Counted from the first letter of the stretch, positions 47,136 through 57,814 are shown. The stretch is DNA of 64,000 bases from an uncultured bacterium (GCA_963795895.1 CAWCJJ010000030.1:35356-99355), one strand, 5' to 3'. Translations and numbers: made by a program. The notes: a model not told the origin generated them from the letters alone.

Positions 47136-47830
47136 TCAAGTTGTAATTGGTTTAGATTGTATGCATTGGTCCATCTGTACCAAATGGATTATCTCCAGCA
47201 CAGATGAACCGTAACTTATAATATGCGGAATAGGCGGCAAGTGAGTAGCCGAAGTTGCACTTAGATTATCTGTTAGCTGCACATTCACGCTAGCGTCAGT
47301 ATGGTCAGCATTTGAAAAACCAATAAAAGTACTCACTCCGGCAATGCTACCCTGAAGAGCGCGGCAGGGTTGCTGCCCAATGCGTCTCCCGGAAAATCAA
47401 CAAAACCATAATAGAGTGGGTTCAAATCGTCTAACCTGCGTCCGGTTGGAACCGATTCACTGAGGTGGTTCTCATCTGGATTTGCTGAATTTAGAAGACC
47501 GCTCATGGCTGCTCTTTTGGGAGCCAGTCTGAACATAGTCCGATTGAATCATTTGTTGGCCCAGCACACTTGTTTCATCAAAAGTGCGAGTGTCTGAGGG
47601 TCCTGTTCCCGTAGTCCATTCGTAGAACACCTGATTAGCAGTCACATGTTCATCATCCGACCATTTGGTCCAGTTGCCGCCCGCCCGCCGGGCCCAGCGC
47701 GCGGATCGCGTCGTGGTAGTCCAGCGTGCCGTCGGCCCGCCAGGCGAGCCTCGCGCAGCGGCTCCCCCCAGCCCGGCAGCGCCGTGGCCACCAGCCACAA
47801 CAGCAACAGAACAAAGCGCGCGATTGACAT
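47136..47830 (-). CDS. small Sec-leader toxin candidate (unknown C-terminal domain), several frame changes
   Basis: It starts with MSIARFVLLLLWLVATALPGWGEPLRE, nearly identical to the leader of the RHS protein at 53574. It continues across frames as ..DGTLDYHDAIRALG.., GNWTKWSDDEHVTANQVFYEWTTGTGPSDTRTFDE.., ..LNSANPDENHL..LNPLYYGFVDFPGD.. and ..STFIGFSNADHTD.. Confidence 0.5.
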
Positions 47831-48063
47831 CCGGGATTCTAGAGTTCGGGCCACCGTTCAGGGGAGGTCTTCCAGCAGGTTCATTGTGTACACACCCTAA
47901 GTTCGATTTTATCCATTTTCAGAGACGCACGCCACTGGAGAACAATTTGTAAGACGGAAGTTATTGCAGGTCGCGCAAAAAAGACATCCATAAATTCCCG
48001 GCGGCTGGCGCGCAACGACTTGCGCCTCCTCGGGGGCGGTTGTGAAAATTGGATAAAGTCAAG

Positions 48064-48699
48064 CTAAGCCCAGATATATTTGAATTCGGTCGTCTCGCCT
48101 ACGATCTTTACGAATAGATGAAAAATCATTAGACCAAATGGCCAATTTACATCAAGAAGTGTATCCGCGTTTCCTGGAAAAGTTAACTGAAGTATGTGAA
48201 CATACCCAGCTGAGGTGATCTCGTTCGTAAGCGCGTAAGCATATGATCCAGCATCCTCAAAATAAACGTCCCCGCCTAATTTACTACCAGGCCATTTTGA
48301 TTCCGGGTCGTGCGGATTGAGATCCTTGATAGCAGACCCAACCCTTAAGCGGTGCGCCGGTATAGATGAAGCTAGTTGCTTATCACGCGATCTCACTGAG
48401 TGAGGATGAACAACCATCTGAACAAATGGGCTGTTAGAACCATGAATCTTACGACAGTTTGTCCAACTGCTATTTACGTCTGAAGCAATTGGAGAAAGCC
48501 AGATAAAGAGGGACAACTCATTCTTATGGAACCAAGGTATCGTCAATAAGTACTCAGACCCTTCTTTTCGTAATTTTTCAGGTTTGACATTCACCGGAGC
48601 ATTACCTCCAATACGTGGTCCAAGGTCTCGATCGATCTTTGTGATAGTTAACGGCCTGCATTTACCCTGAACAAAATTTATTTCATTAATCAATTGCAT
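48064..48699 (-). CDS. YwqG/DUF1963-like protein, paralog 1
   Basis: GPRIGGNAPVNV, GSKLGGDVYFEDAG and HILQLTFPGNADTLLDVNWPFGLMIFHLFV. This is the [SK]-x-GG ... LLQ-like ... W-x-G pattern of the YwqG family. It is an intact, AT-rich, 211-aa ORF. Confidence 0.6.
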   Translation of the reverse strand: MQLINEINFVQGKCRPLTITKIDRDLGPRIGGNAPVNVKPEKLRKEGSEYLLTIPWFHKNELSLFIWLSPIASDVNSSWTNCRKIHGSNSPFVQMVVHPHSVRSRDKQLASSIPAHRLRVGSAIKDLNPHDPESKWPGSKLGGDVYFEDAGSYAYALTNEITSAGYVHILQLTFPGNADTLLDVNWPFGLMIFHLFVKIVGETTEFKYIWA

Positions 48700-48778
48700 A
48701 GGACTCCTAATCTAGCAGCGTTAGCCATTGAGTCGTTCAGGAATGTTTCAACATGATATTCTGGAACTCCCGCCCTAA

Positions 48779-49219
48779 CTACAATGCCGTCAGGTAATTC
48801 GTAAAATGTTGACCATTAGTGTCTTGCGGATACACGACTTTTTCTGCGGTCTTGTGCCATTCCGACCGCCTGAGGTGTTTTTCCGCCATTTTCCTACTTT
48901 TTGAGGTCTGCGGACGGGTTTCAACCCCAAATTCACCAATTACGGCCTTAAATTGAGGCAAATCGTCCTGTTTATCCTCGCTTCTCCCTCCTACAAGCGA
49001 CCAATTACCTGACGGCATTGCCGTTAGGGGACCGGGCATTTTGAGGAACTCAAGGCCGCAGCGAGGGACATACTTATCTGCGAAGCGCGAAGAATTGAAA
49101 CCAATGATCTGAATCCAACTGCCTTCTCGCCGCAACAACTCGCTTCCAACCTGTCGCCACGGTGGGCGCAACATTGGTGCAAATGACTTCACTACCTTGC
49201 TCAATTCGCCAGATTTCAT
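48779..49219 (-). CDS. DUF4304-like hypothetical (immunity-type) protein
   Basis: The N-terminus VVKSFAPMLRPPWRQVGSELLRREGSWIQIIGFNSSRF.. resembles the DUF4304 pattern. The gene is AT-rich. Confidence 0.4.
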   Translation of the reverse strand: MKSGELSKVVKSFAPMLRPPWRQVGSELLRREGSWIQIIGFNSSRFADKYVPRCGLEFLKMPGPLTAMPSGNWSLVGGRSEDKQDDLPQFKAVIGEFGVETRPQTSKSRKMAEKHLRRSEWHKTAEKVVYPQDTNGQHFTNYLTAL

Positions 49220-49242
49220 GGGTGAATCACAGTAGTTGGAAC

Positions 49243-49288
49243 GGTGGGCGCAAGCCCCGCTTGCGCACTATGTCCTATGAAGTTTAAT
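49243..49288. mobile_element. orphan terminal fragment of the IS5/DDE_Tnp_4-like element
   Basis: gcgcactatgtcctatgaagtttaa matches the right end of the complete element (gcgcactatgtcctatgaagtcta at 57792..57815). No transposase is adjacent. Confidence 0.7.
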
Positions 49289-49317
49289 GGCATTGCGTCT
49301 CTAATAAACGCTTGCCC

Positions 49318-49580
49318 TCACGAGTTATTCTGCCAAGTTTCCAAGCACCCACCACACACTACCTCAAGTCGTTCAAGAAAGGACTCAGACTCGTCTTCCC
49401 CTTCGAGCGCGTCCCACACCCTCTTACACGAATCGCACAGCCACATGCGTCCAAGCAGTACTCGATTGCCGGAAACGGGATCATTGTGAATTCGCTTGTT
49501 GTCGAGTGACCTGCCCGAATGTGCTTGCAAACGAAGCTCGCACCCTTTTGTTCATGGATTAGGCATTGAAATATCGCCAT
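49318..49580 (-). CDS. small Cys-rich hypothetical protein (one frameshift inferred)
   Basis: MAIFQCLIHEQKGASFVCKHI.. in one frame and ..WLCDSCKRVWDALEGEDESESFLERLEVVCGGCLETW in the next. The paired CxxC motifs suggest a zinc ribbon. Confidence 0.3.
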
Positions 49581-49903
49581 CAGTTTCTCCCGAGTTGAAG
49601 TTTGATGCAAGTTCGCAGGGCAACATTGCTCGCGGGAATATCCGCGCCTCCTGCGTGCAAGATATCCGCAGCAGTGGTAAGGCAGCTATTGCTCCGCATA
49701 TTGATATTGTTACTCCACGAATTAGTTTTATTGCACGTACACGTCCCAGAGCATTAGATTTTTCACATTGGGTCCGCGTTTGTTCCTTGGCACAGAAGGG
49801 AGAGGGCCAAGCCGTAGAGCGTTGTCGGCATCCAACACAACAAAATAACCGAGCGCGCGAAGCCCATGCAAAAATTCGCTCTAAATTGGTGTTGGGCATC
49901 CAT

Positions 49904-51245
49904 CTAAGGGGATCGGCATTGAATGTTATACCCGTTGAGGGTGGATGCGGATGTCCCACCATCGCAGGTCGGGGTGGCTGCTGCAAGCGCCCCTCCAGCC
50001 CACGCGCTTGGCTGCGCCCGCCACCACGCGCCCTTTGGCGTAGGCCTTTTTGACCAGGCGCACCAGCGGCTCGCCGCCCCGCCAAGTCATCGTGGCGGCG
50101 TAGCCCAGGGCGGCGGCCGCGTCGGTGAGCGGCGCGCCGTTCCAGTGCTTCTCCAGCGCGGCCCAAACAGCTCCACCGGGTTGTACTTGCTGTGGTAGGG
50201 CGGGTAGTACACCAGGTGGAGGCGCAGGCCGCTCCGGTCGGCGAACTCCGCCATGCGCGAGGGAGGAAGCGGGTTCTGCGCCCGCCGCTCTCGGGTCCGT
50301 TGTCCAGGTTGAGGACCAACTCCTCCACGCCCGGGTGGAGGTGCCCGTGGCGGCGCCACCAGCTCTGGATGCAGTCGCCCATCAGGTCGGCGGTCTTGGC
50401 CGGGCTGGTGGAGAAGGTCAGGTCCAGCTCGCCGCCCTTGACCTCCAGGATGCCCACCGGGATGAGCTTCGCCTTGTCCTGGGCCAGGTCGTGGTCCAGG
50501 GCCGCCACCGGCCTGAGCCCGCGCGCGCGGCCCCGGCGGCTGTAGTCGCCCAGCACCACGGTGGCCTTGGTGTCCACGCTCAGGCGCAGGAACCTGCCCC
50601 CGCTCGCGTCCGCCGCCGCGTTGGCGGCGCTGGACGTTTTGGAAGATGGCGTCGCACCCGGGCGTTTTTTTTCGGGCCGGGTCTTGGCCACGGCCGCGCA
50701 GGCGGTAGCCCAGCCGGTTGAGCACCCCGTTTAAGGTCCGCTCGGCGGGCACCTCCACCGGGTCCCAGCCCTTTTCCTCGATGAGCGCGCGCCGCAGCGA
50801 GGCGGCGCCCAGGCGCGTGTGGGCGAGCGTGCCGCGCAGCCGCGGGTTGGCCTGCGCCTGGGCGTGGCCAGCGCGCGCACGTCGGCCGCCAGTTCGGGCC
50901 ACTTCTGCTCCACGGGCCGGTTGCCCCGCGCGCGAAAGGCGTCGTCCAGGCAGACGATCCCGGTGCGGTTCTCCTGTTGGCCCTGGGCGACCGAGTGGCG
51001 GTTCCACCCAGGAGCGTCTCCGCGGCCCGCGCGCCGCCGCCAAAGAGCGCGTCAGCCACCCGCCCCTGGAAGGAGCGGCGCTTGTGGCCGGTGAGCAGGC
51101 GCGAACCGTCAAGCAGCAACTCCCTGACGACGGGGGTGAGGTCGGGGTGGACATGGCGGGTGGGCCGGGCGATCATCCGCGCACCATAGCGCGCGGCGGG
51201 TTCAATGCGAACTTGAGGGATAACATTCAATGCCGATCCCCTTAG
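49904..51245 (-). mobile_element. ISAzo13-family insertion sequence (transposase frameshifted)
   Basis: Perfect 26-nt terminal inverted repeats ctaaggggatcggcattgaatgttat (49904.. and reverse complement ending 51245). Transposase fragments are RLSVDTKATVVLGDYSRRG.., LVLNLDNGPESGGRRT.. and LHLVYYPPYHSKYNPVE.., typical of the ISAzo13 DDE family. Confidence 0.85.
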
Positions 51246-51284
51246 GTGTTGAAGACTTGATGCGGAGGTGATTGTGAAGATGCC

Positions 51285-51956
51285 TTACTGAAGAAGGGTC
51301 GTTTTCAATCTCTCCCACCGCACATACTGCGCAATGTGTGGCGGCATCGGGTTGGCAACCCGGAGTTTAGCTAGTTGCGAATTAATTAGGCGCCTTGCAG
51401 CGTCTTTCATCCCCTCTATAACGTAGATTGCCGCTAGTTTTTCAATTCTTTGATCTAAGTTGAGAGGCAGTCGCAGTTTGTTATCGTTCATGCTGGCAGT
51501 ATCGGACATTGTTCTTCTCCTCTTCGGAACCAAGCCGAACTCGCTGTTCCCGCACGTCCGCGTAGTAATCTATCTCATCAATGAGTTGCAGTTTCAATGA
51601 TCCTAAGGTATTAAATCTACCAATGAGGGGCAGTAAATACTTCCTACAAGTCGTGAGAATCTGTTCGACCACGTCTCCTGGGGTTTCGGGAGAGAATTGC
51701 CACTCCATGTATGTCTTTCCCGAGCTCAGGAAATGCGCTGGAACCATGAAAGCGGAGACAAGCCTACTCCTTTCTGTTCTCCAGCAGCTTCTAAGTTCCT
51801 TAAACCGAATCGCTGCGTTGGCATTTATCAGTGCAGAGTTTCCTCGTGAACGTGCGGGGAAGCGTAGACATTTGCGATATGGTGGGTATTTGCCTTTGAT
51901 AAATTAATGTCTGCACCTCGTTTGAATCCAATTTCTGACAGCGGTTCAACCAACAT
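51285..51956 (-). CDS. DUF4304-like candidate immunity protein for the RHS toxin, two frame changes
   Basis: It starts ~27 nt after the RHS stop with MLVEPLSEIGFKRGADINLSKANTHHIANVYASP... It continues as ..MEWQFSPETPGDVVEQILTTCRKYLLPLI.. (ORF 51481..51747) and ..LRLPLNLDQRIEKLAAIYVIEG.. (ORF 51285..51533). Confidence 0.45.
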
Positions 51957-51982
51957 TCCGTCCAATTTGTTTTCTATTGTGA

Positions 51983-53574
51983 TCAAGGACCTTGCCATAA
52001 TACTTTTGCCGCACCGTTAATTGTAACTCCGGATTGTTTCCCGACTGCATTCGCGCCGCCATTCATGTTGATCCATCTGTCGCCACTGAACTGCTGACTG
52101 TCCGAACGCGAGAAAGCCCCTTCTGAAGACTTGATCTCGAATCCCCAGTTCAGGCTGCTAGAATCGGATAAAACAGCGTCATAACGTCGCAACCCAAACG
52201 GTGTACCAAAGCTCACTTCCTTATCCACGAGGCTCCATCCATTATTCAACGCGCTTTGAACAAAATCATCAACAGCTGCAGAACCCGGAGAGATCTGACC
52301 TTCTGATTTCGGGGTGAACTTTCCCTGCGCGTCACGTCCCTGCTCGATAGCTCCAGTGTATGAATCGCCTCCACCGTTTGGGCTAATCGTGTCAGCTACA
52401 AACGGGCCATTGCCTGGTTCTTTAACTGCTCCACTTAGATTTGCCGGTCGGTAATGTAGTTGCCCAGGCGCGAAGTCGCCCTCGACCACCCTGGCCGCCT
52501 GGTTCTCGGCGGTGCCGAACTCGCCGAACGCCGCCACAAAGGGGGCCGCGGCCATCGTGGCGTCGCCCCTGGCCCGGTTGAGCAGCAGCGCGGCGGTGAG
52601 CAGATCCCCGTGGTCCCAGGCCGCCCAGGCGCCCTGCAGGTCGTTTTGCACGGCCACCTGCGAGTCGTAGCCGCTGAAGGCGCGCGCGGCGTCGTACAGG
52701 AGGCCCTTGGCCACGAACTCGCCCATGCCGTCGCTCTGGGCGATCCAGTGCTCGAAGGTCCGCTCGTTGAGCTTGGGGTCGAGGGCGCCCCGCCCGGTCT
52801 CCGAGGCCACGCGTCCGTCGGCGTCGAGGCGGTTGACGGGGTCGCCGCCCGCGTAGGCGTAGAGGTCCGCGCTCGCCCCATGGCCCAGCGGGTCCGCGGA
52901 GAGTAACCTTCCATCCAGCGGGTCGTAGTGGCGCGCCCCCAGCCAGTAGAAGCCCGTGGGGTCCGGCGCCGCCCGCGCCAGCCCAGGCTCTGGGCCAGGG
53001 TGGTTGTGCCAAGGAAAGGGGTGGCCGCGCCCGCGCCCGGCAGCGCCCCGTAGCCCCCGTAGCGCGCGCTCTGCCAGGAGAGCGCCGCGCCGCCGCCCGC
53101 GCCCTCCACGCGCGCCTCCGCGTGCCCGAAGGCGTCGAGCACGTAGCCCGCGCCCGCCCCGTCGCTCTCGCGCACGCTGCCCTCCAGCCCGCCGATGCCC
53201 TGCGCGCCGCCGTAGCGCCCGTCCAGGTCCGGGCCGTAGAAGAGCCACTGGCGGGCGCCCCCGTCTCTGCGCCACCGCCACCTCCAGGAACTCCACCGCC
53301 GGGTCAAACTAACGCCGGTCGCCGTGGCCTGCGCGCCCTGCGCCGCGCCCCCGCTCGCCACCGGGGTGTGGACCGTGCGCAGCCGCCGGCCCAGGCCGTC
53401 GTAGATCGCCCGCCAGTCGTAGCCGGCATTGCCCGTGTCGCGCGCCTGCGCGCTGACCAGCCGGTCTAGCGCATCCCAGGCGAGCACCTCGCGCAGCGGC
53501 TCCCCCCAGCCCGGCAGCGCCGTGGCCGTCGCCGCCAGCCACCACAGCAACAGAACAAAGCGCGCGATTGACAT
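51983..53574 (-). CDS. short Sec-leader RHS-core protein with PD-(D/E)xK-like C-terminal toxin domain, several frame changes
   Basis: The leader is MSIARFVLLWWLAATATALPGWGEPLRE, followed by YD-type repeats (YDGLGRR, LFYGPDLDGRYGGAQGIGGL). The RHS core end is GFYWLGARHYDPLDGRLLSADPLGHGASADLYAYAGGDPVNRLDADG. A ~270-aa tail then ends with RRYDAVLSD...WGFEIKSSEG (a D...ExK nuclease signature). Confidence 0.75.
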
Positions 53575-53736
53575 CCGGGATTCTAATTTCAGAGACGCAC
53601 GCTGCTGGAGAATAATTTGCAAGACGGAAGTTTTTGCAGGACGCGCAAAAAACAACATTCATAAATTCCCGGCGGCTGGCGCGCAACGATTTGCGCCTCC
53701 TCGGAGGGGCAGCTCTGAAAATTGGATACAGTCGAG

Positions 53737-54370
53737 CTAAACCCAGATATATTTGAATTCTCTTGGTCGTCTCGCCTACGATCTTTACGAATAGATGCGA
53801 AATCATTAGACCAAATGGCCAATTTACATCAAGAAGTGTATCCGCGTTTCCTGGAAAAGTTAACTGAAGTATGTGAACATACCCAGCCGAGGTGATCTCG
53901 TTCGTAAGCGCGTAAGCATATGATCCGGCATCCTCAAAATAAACGTCCCCGCCTAATTTACTACCAGGCCATTTTGATTCCGGGTCGTGCGGATTGAGAT
54001 CCTTGATAGCAGACCCAATCCTTAAGCAGTGTGCCGGTATAGATGAAGCTAGTTGCTTATCACGCGATCTCACTGAGTGAGGATGAACAACCATCTGAAC
54101 AAATGGGCTGTTAGAATCATGAATCTTACGACAGTTTGTCCAAGTGCTATTTACGTCCGAAGCAATTGGAGAAAGCCAGATAAAGAGGGACAACTCATTC
54201 TTATGGAACCAAGGTATCGTCAATAAATACTCAGATTCTTCTTTTTGCAAGTCTTCGGGTCTGACATCCACCGGCGCATTACCTCCGATGCGCGGTCCGA
54301 ACTCTTGATCGCTCTTTGTGATGATCATTGGCTTGCATTTACCCGGCACAAAATTCATCTCATTTATCAA
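53737..54370 (-). CDS. YwqG/DUF1963-like protein, paralog 2 (4-bp insertion near the 3' end)
   Basis: About 90 percent identical by eye to 48064..48699. The insertion tctt (gaattcTCTTggtcg versus gaattcggtcg) shifts the frame just before the expected stop (53737..53739), giving the artificial run-on ORF 53309..54370. Confidence 0.6.
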
Positions 54371-54413
54371 TAGTATATGTCTATTAATACAACGGCGTTA
54401 GCCATAGAACCGT

Positions 54414-54860
54414 TTAGCTTGATGCGTTCAGGCCAATCAACTTACGAAACACTGGCATCCTCCCGGCGATATCTAGTACTACCTTTCGCAATTCTTCGTT
54501 TGAAGACACTTGTTCTGATTGACGTTTAACAGCCTCTGCCAATTCGCATTGCAGGTCTAGACTGTTGATTGGCAAATCAATTCTGTGGCTGGCGGAAACA
54601 ACGAGGTAACACCAGATTATTTGGAGCACTCGACTAAGTTCTCCCTTCTCAATAAGTGATGATACTACTTCCTGAAATGCTTCGGCAGCTTTCGCCCACC
54701 GGCATGTTGAAGCAGACCAGTTCATAAGCTGACTTGTAATCAGTATTAAATCATGTTGTTCATGGTAGGTGACACTTGGAATAAAGTAAATGCCTTCACC
54801 CAAGATCGCCTCTTTGATGTGGTTTGCGTTAAACCAATTGAAAATAATTTCGTTCTTCAT
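54414..54860 (-). CDS. hypothetical AT-rich protein, immunity-like position
   Basis: 148-aa intact ORF. Its start overlaps the end of a short toxin-like remnant that abuts IS630 copy B. Confidence 0.45.
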   Translation of the reverse strand: MKNEIIFNWFNANHIKEAILGEGIYFIPSVTYHEQHDLILITSQLMNWSASTCRWAKAAEAFQEVVSSLIEKGELSRVLQIIWCYLVVSASHRIDLPINSLDLQCELAEAVKRQSEQVSSNEELRKVVLDIAGRMPVFRKLIGLNASS

Positions 54861-55074
54861 TTAGCGTCCCTGTATAATACTGGTTTTGACTCCTGGGTCG
54901 GTTTTTAGGGGCACTATCAATATTTCCTTCGGTCAACCCGCCCCACGTTACACCAGACCCTGGTAGGAAGTACATATTTCCGCTCACTGGCAAGCGTAAG
55001 TTTGCCGCGAATGGATTTTCGACATCAATTCGTACGAGGGATCCGCTTGAAAGTTGTCCGTGTATTGTCCTTTA

Positions 55075-56125
<1,051 letters not shown>

Positions 56126-56206
56126 CACAGATCGAAATCAGCGGTTCCTTAAAGGAGGTCGTGCAGCGAATCAATTGCGCGCGCGCCTTAGAATGCTAAA
56201 ATTTGG

Positions 56207-56725
56207 TTAGAGTAATTTCTTACTTTCCTCCATGTCATTCGCTGCGTCCTGAGGTCTATTTAGAAGTAAATTGATTTGCGAACGCCACAGGAATAATGAA
56301 CCGTCTGTATTATTACATCTGATTGCGGCGTTGAAATCTTCCAGTGCCTTGTCATACATTCCGACGATTTTGTGGTTCAATCCTCTCAAAGCGTAACCTT
56401 TGAAGCTGCCGCGCTCCAGAGCGAGATAATTACTAAGCATACGAATGGCCTCGTCACTCCTTCCAAGGTCACCAAGAATTTTACCAGCTTCTAACAATCC
56501 CTTCGAAAGTTCAGGGTCAAGTGTTATAGCTTGGATTAGGTACTCTAATGCCTTTGTTTTTTCGCCGCGATTAGCTAAGCACACAGCAAAGTAGTATTTA
56601 ATTTCCGGGGCACTCGGAAATGCCTCTAACAACTTCCCGAACAATACCTCTGCACTCAAGTAGTCCTTCACGTTAAATAATTCTGACGCTTGTTTAACCA
56701 AACGTCTTCGTTCTTCTGTTGTCAT
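56207..56725 (-). CDS. TPR repeat protein
   Basis: 172-aa AT-rich ORF with repeated A..Y/F..A..L.P helical-pair pattern (YFAVCLANRGEKTKALEYLIQAITLDP..). Confidence 0.7.
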   Translation of the reverse strand: MTTEERRRLVKQASELFNVKDYLSAEVLFGKLLEAFPSAPEIKYYFAVCLANRGEKTKALEYLIQAITLDPELSKGLLEAGKILGDLGRSDEAIRMLSNYLALERGSFKGYALRGLNHKIVGMYDKALEDFNAAIRCNNTDGSLFLWRSQINLLLNRPQDAANDMEESKKLL

Positions 56726-56790
56726 GTTTTAGCGAGCTATTGTGGACAGAATGGATTGAACCGGCTTGTTTATCAAGTATATCATTCAAT

Positions 56791-57814
56791 AGACTTCATA
56801 GGACGTAGCCGCCAGAGCCGGGGCTTGTGGTAGGGGTGGGAGCATGGACATGGACGTCGTTTTCCGCAAGCCCAAGCTGCTGCGCGCCCTCACCACCCTC
56901 GATCCCGGGGAGTTCGCGCGGCTGGAGGCGGGCCTGGCGGAGGCGCTGGCCGAGCAACGGGCCCAGTGCCGCCACGACGGCGGGGCGCGCCAGCGCGCCG
57001 CCGGGGCGGGCGGGGCGACCAGCAAGCTGCCCACGGCGCGGGCCAAGCTGTTCTTTTTGCTCTTTTACTTCAAGAGCTACCCGACCCGGGAGGCCATGGG
57101 CTTCTTCTTCGGCCTAAGCCAGCCGCAGGTCTGCGAGTGGGTCAAGGCGCTCACGCCGCTGGTCAGCGCGGCGCTGGGCCGGGAACTGCTGCGGCCCGCG
57201 CGGCGCCCCGCGGACCTGGGGGCGCTGCTCGCCGAGACCCCCGAGTTGCTGCTCATCATCGACGGGGCCGAGCGCCCGGTTTGCCGCCCCAAGGACCCGG
57301 AGGCGCAAAGCAAGGACTACAGCGGCAAGAAGAAGTCCCACCGCAAGAAGAACCTGGTGGTCTCCTCGCGCCGCAAGGTGGTTTACCTCGGGCCGACCGC
57401 CCCGGGCAGCGTGCATGACAAGCGGCTCGCCGATGAAAGCGGGCTGGTCTTCCCGCCGGGCACCCTGCTGTTCAAGGACACGGCCTTCCAAGGCTACGAA
57501 CCGCCGGGCATCGACACCCTCCAGCCCAAGAGGAAGCCGCCCAAAAAAGAACTCCACCCTATCCAGAAAACCATCAACCAGATCATCAGCCGAACGCGCG
57601 TGGGCGTCGAGCACGTCATCGGCGGCATCAAGCGCTGCCACATCGTCGCGGACATCTTCCGCGCCCGCCGCCGCGACTTCGTGGACGAGGTGATGAGCGT
57701 GGCCGGAGGTCTGCACAACCTGCGGGTGGCCACCCGCCAGCCGCTTGCCGTGTAAGAAAATCGCGGCGGCGGGCGGAGCTTGCCCTCACTCGCGCACTAT
57801 GTCCTATGAAGTCT
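56791..57814 (+). mobile_element. IS5-family (DDE_Tnp_4 / Harbinger-like transposase) insertion sequence with 3-bp target duplication
   Basis: Terminal repeats agacttcataggacgtag / ctatgtcctatgaagtct. AAT flanks both sides (56788..56790 and 57815..57817). The intact transposase ORF 56844..57755 has LLIIDGAE, FKDTAFQG and VGVEHVIGGIK (DDE). Confidence 0.88.

Noticed and set aside
49552-49903. The part of ORF 49552..50691 to the left of the ISAzo13 end, and ORF 49496..50053(+), as real genes.
   Set aside because: Both read through the IS terminal repeat, and the flanking part has no recognisable features. The region may contain only short remnants.
53309-53736. C-terminal 140 codons of ORF 53309..54370.
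   Set aside because: This is a run-on caused by a 4-bp insertion relative to the paralog at 48064..48699. The extension overlaps the RHS gene leader and the intergenic region in a wrong frame.
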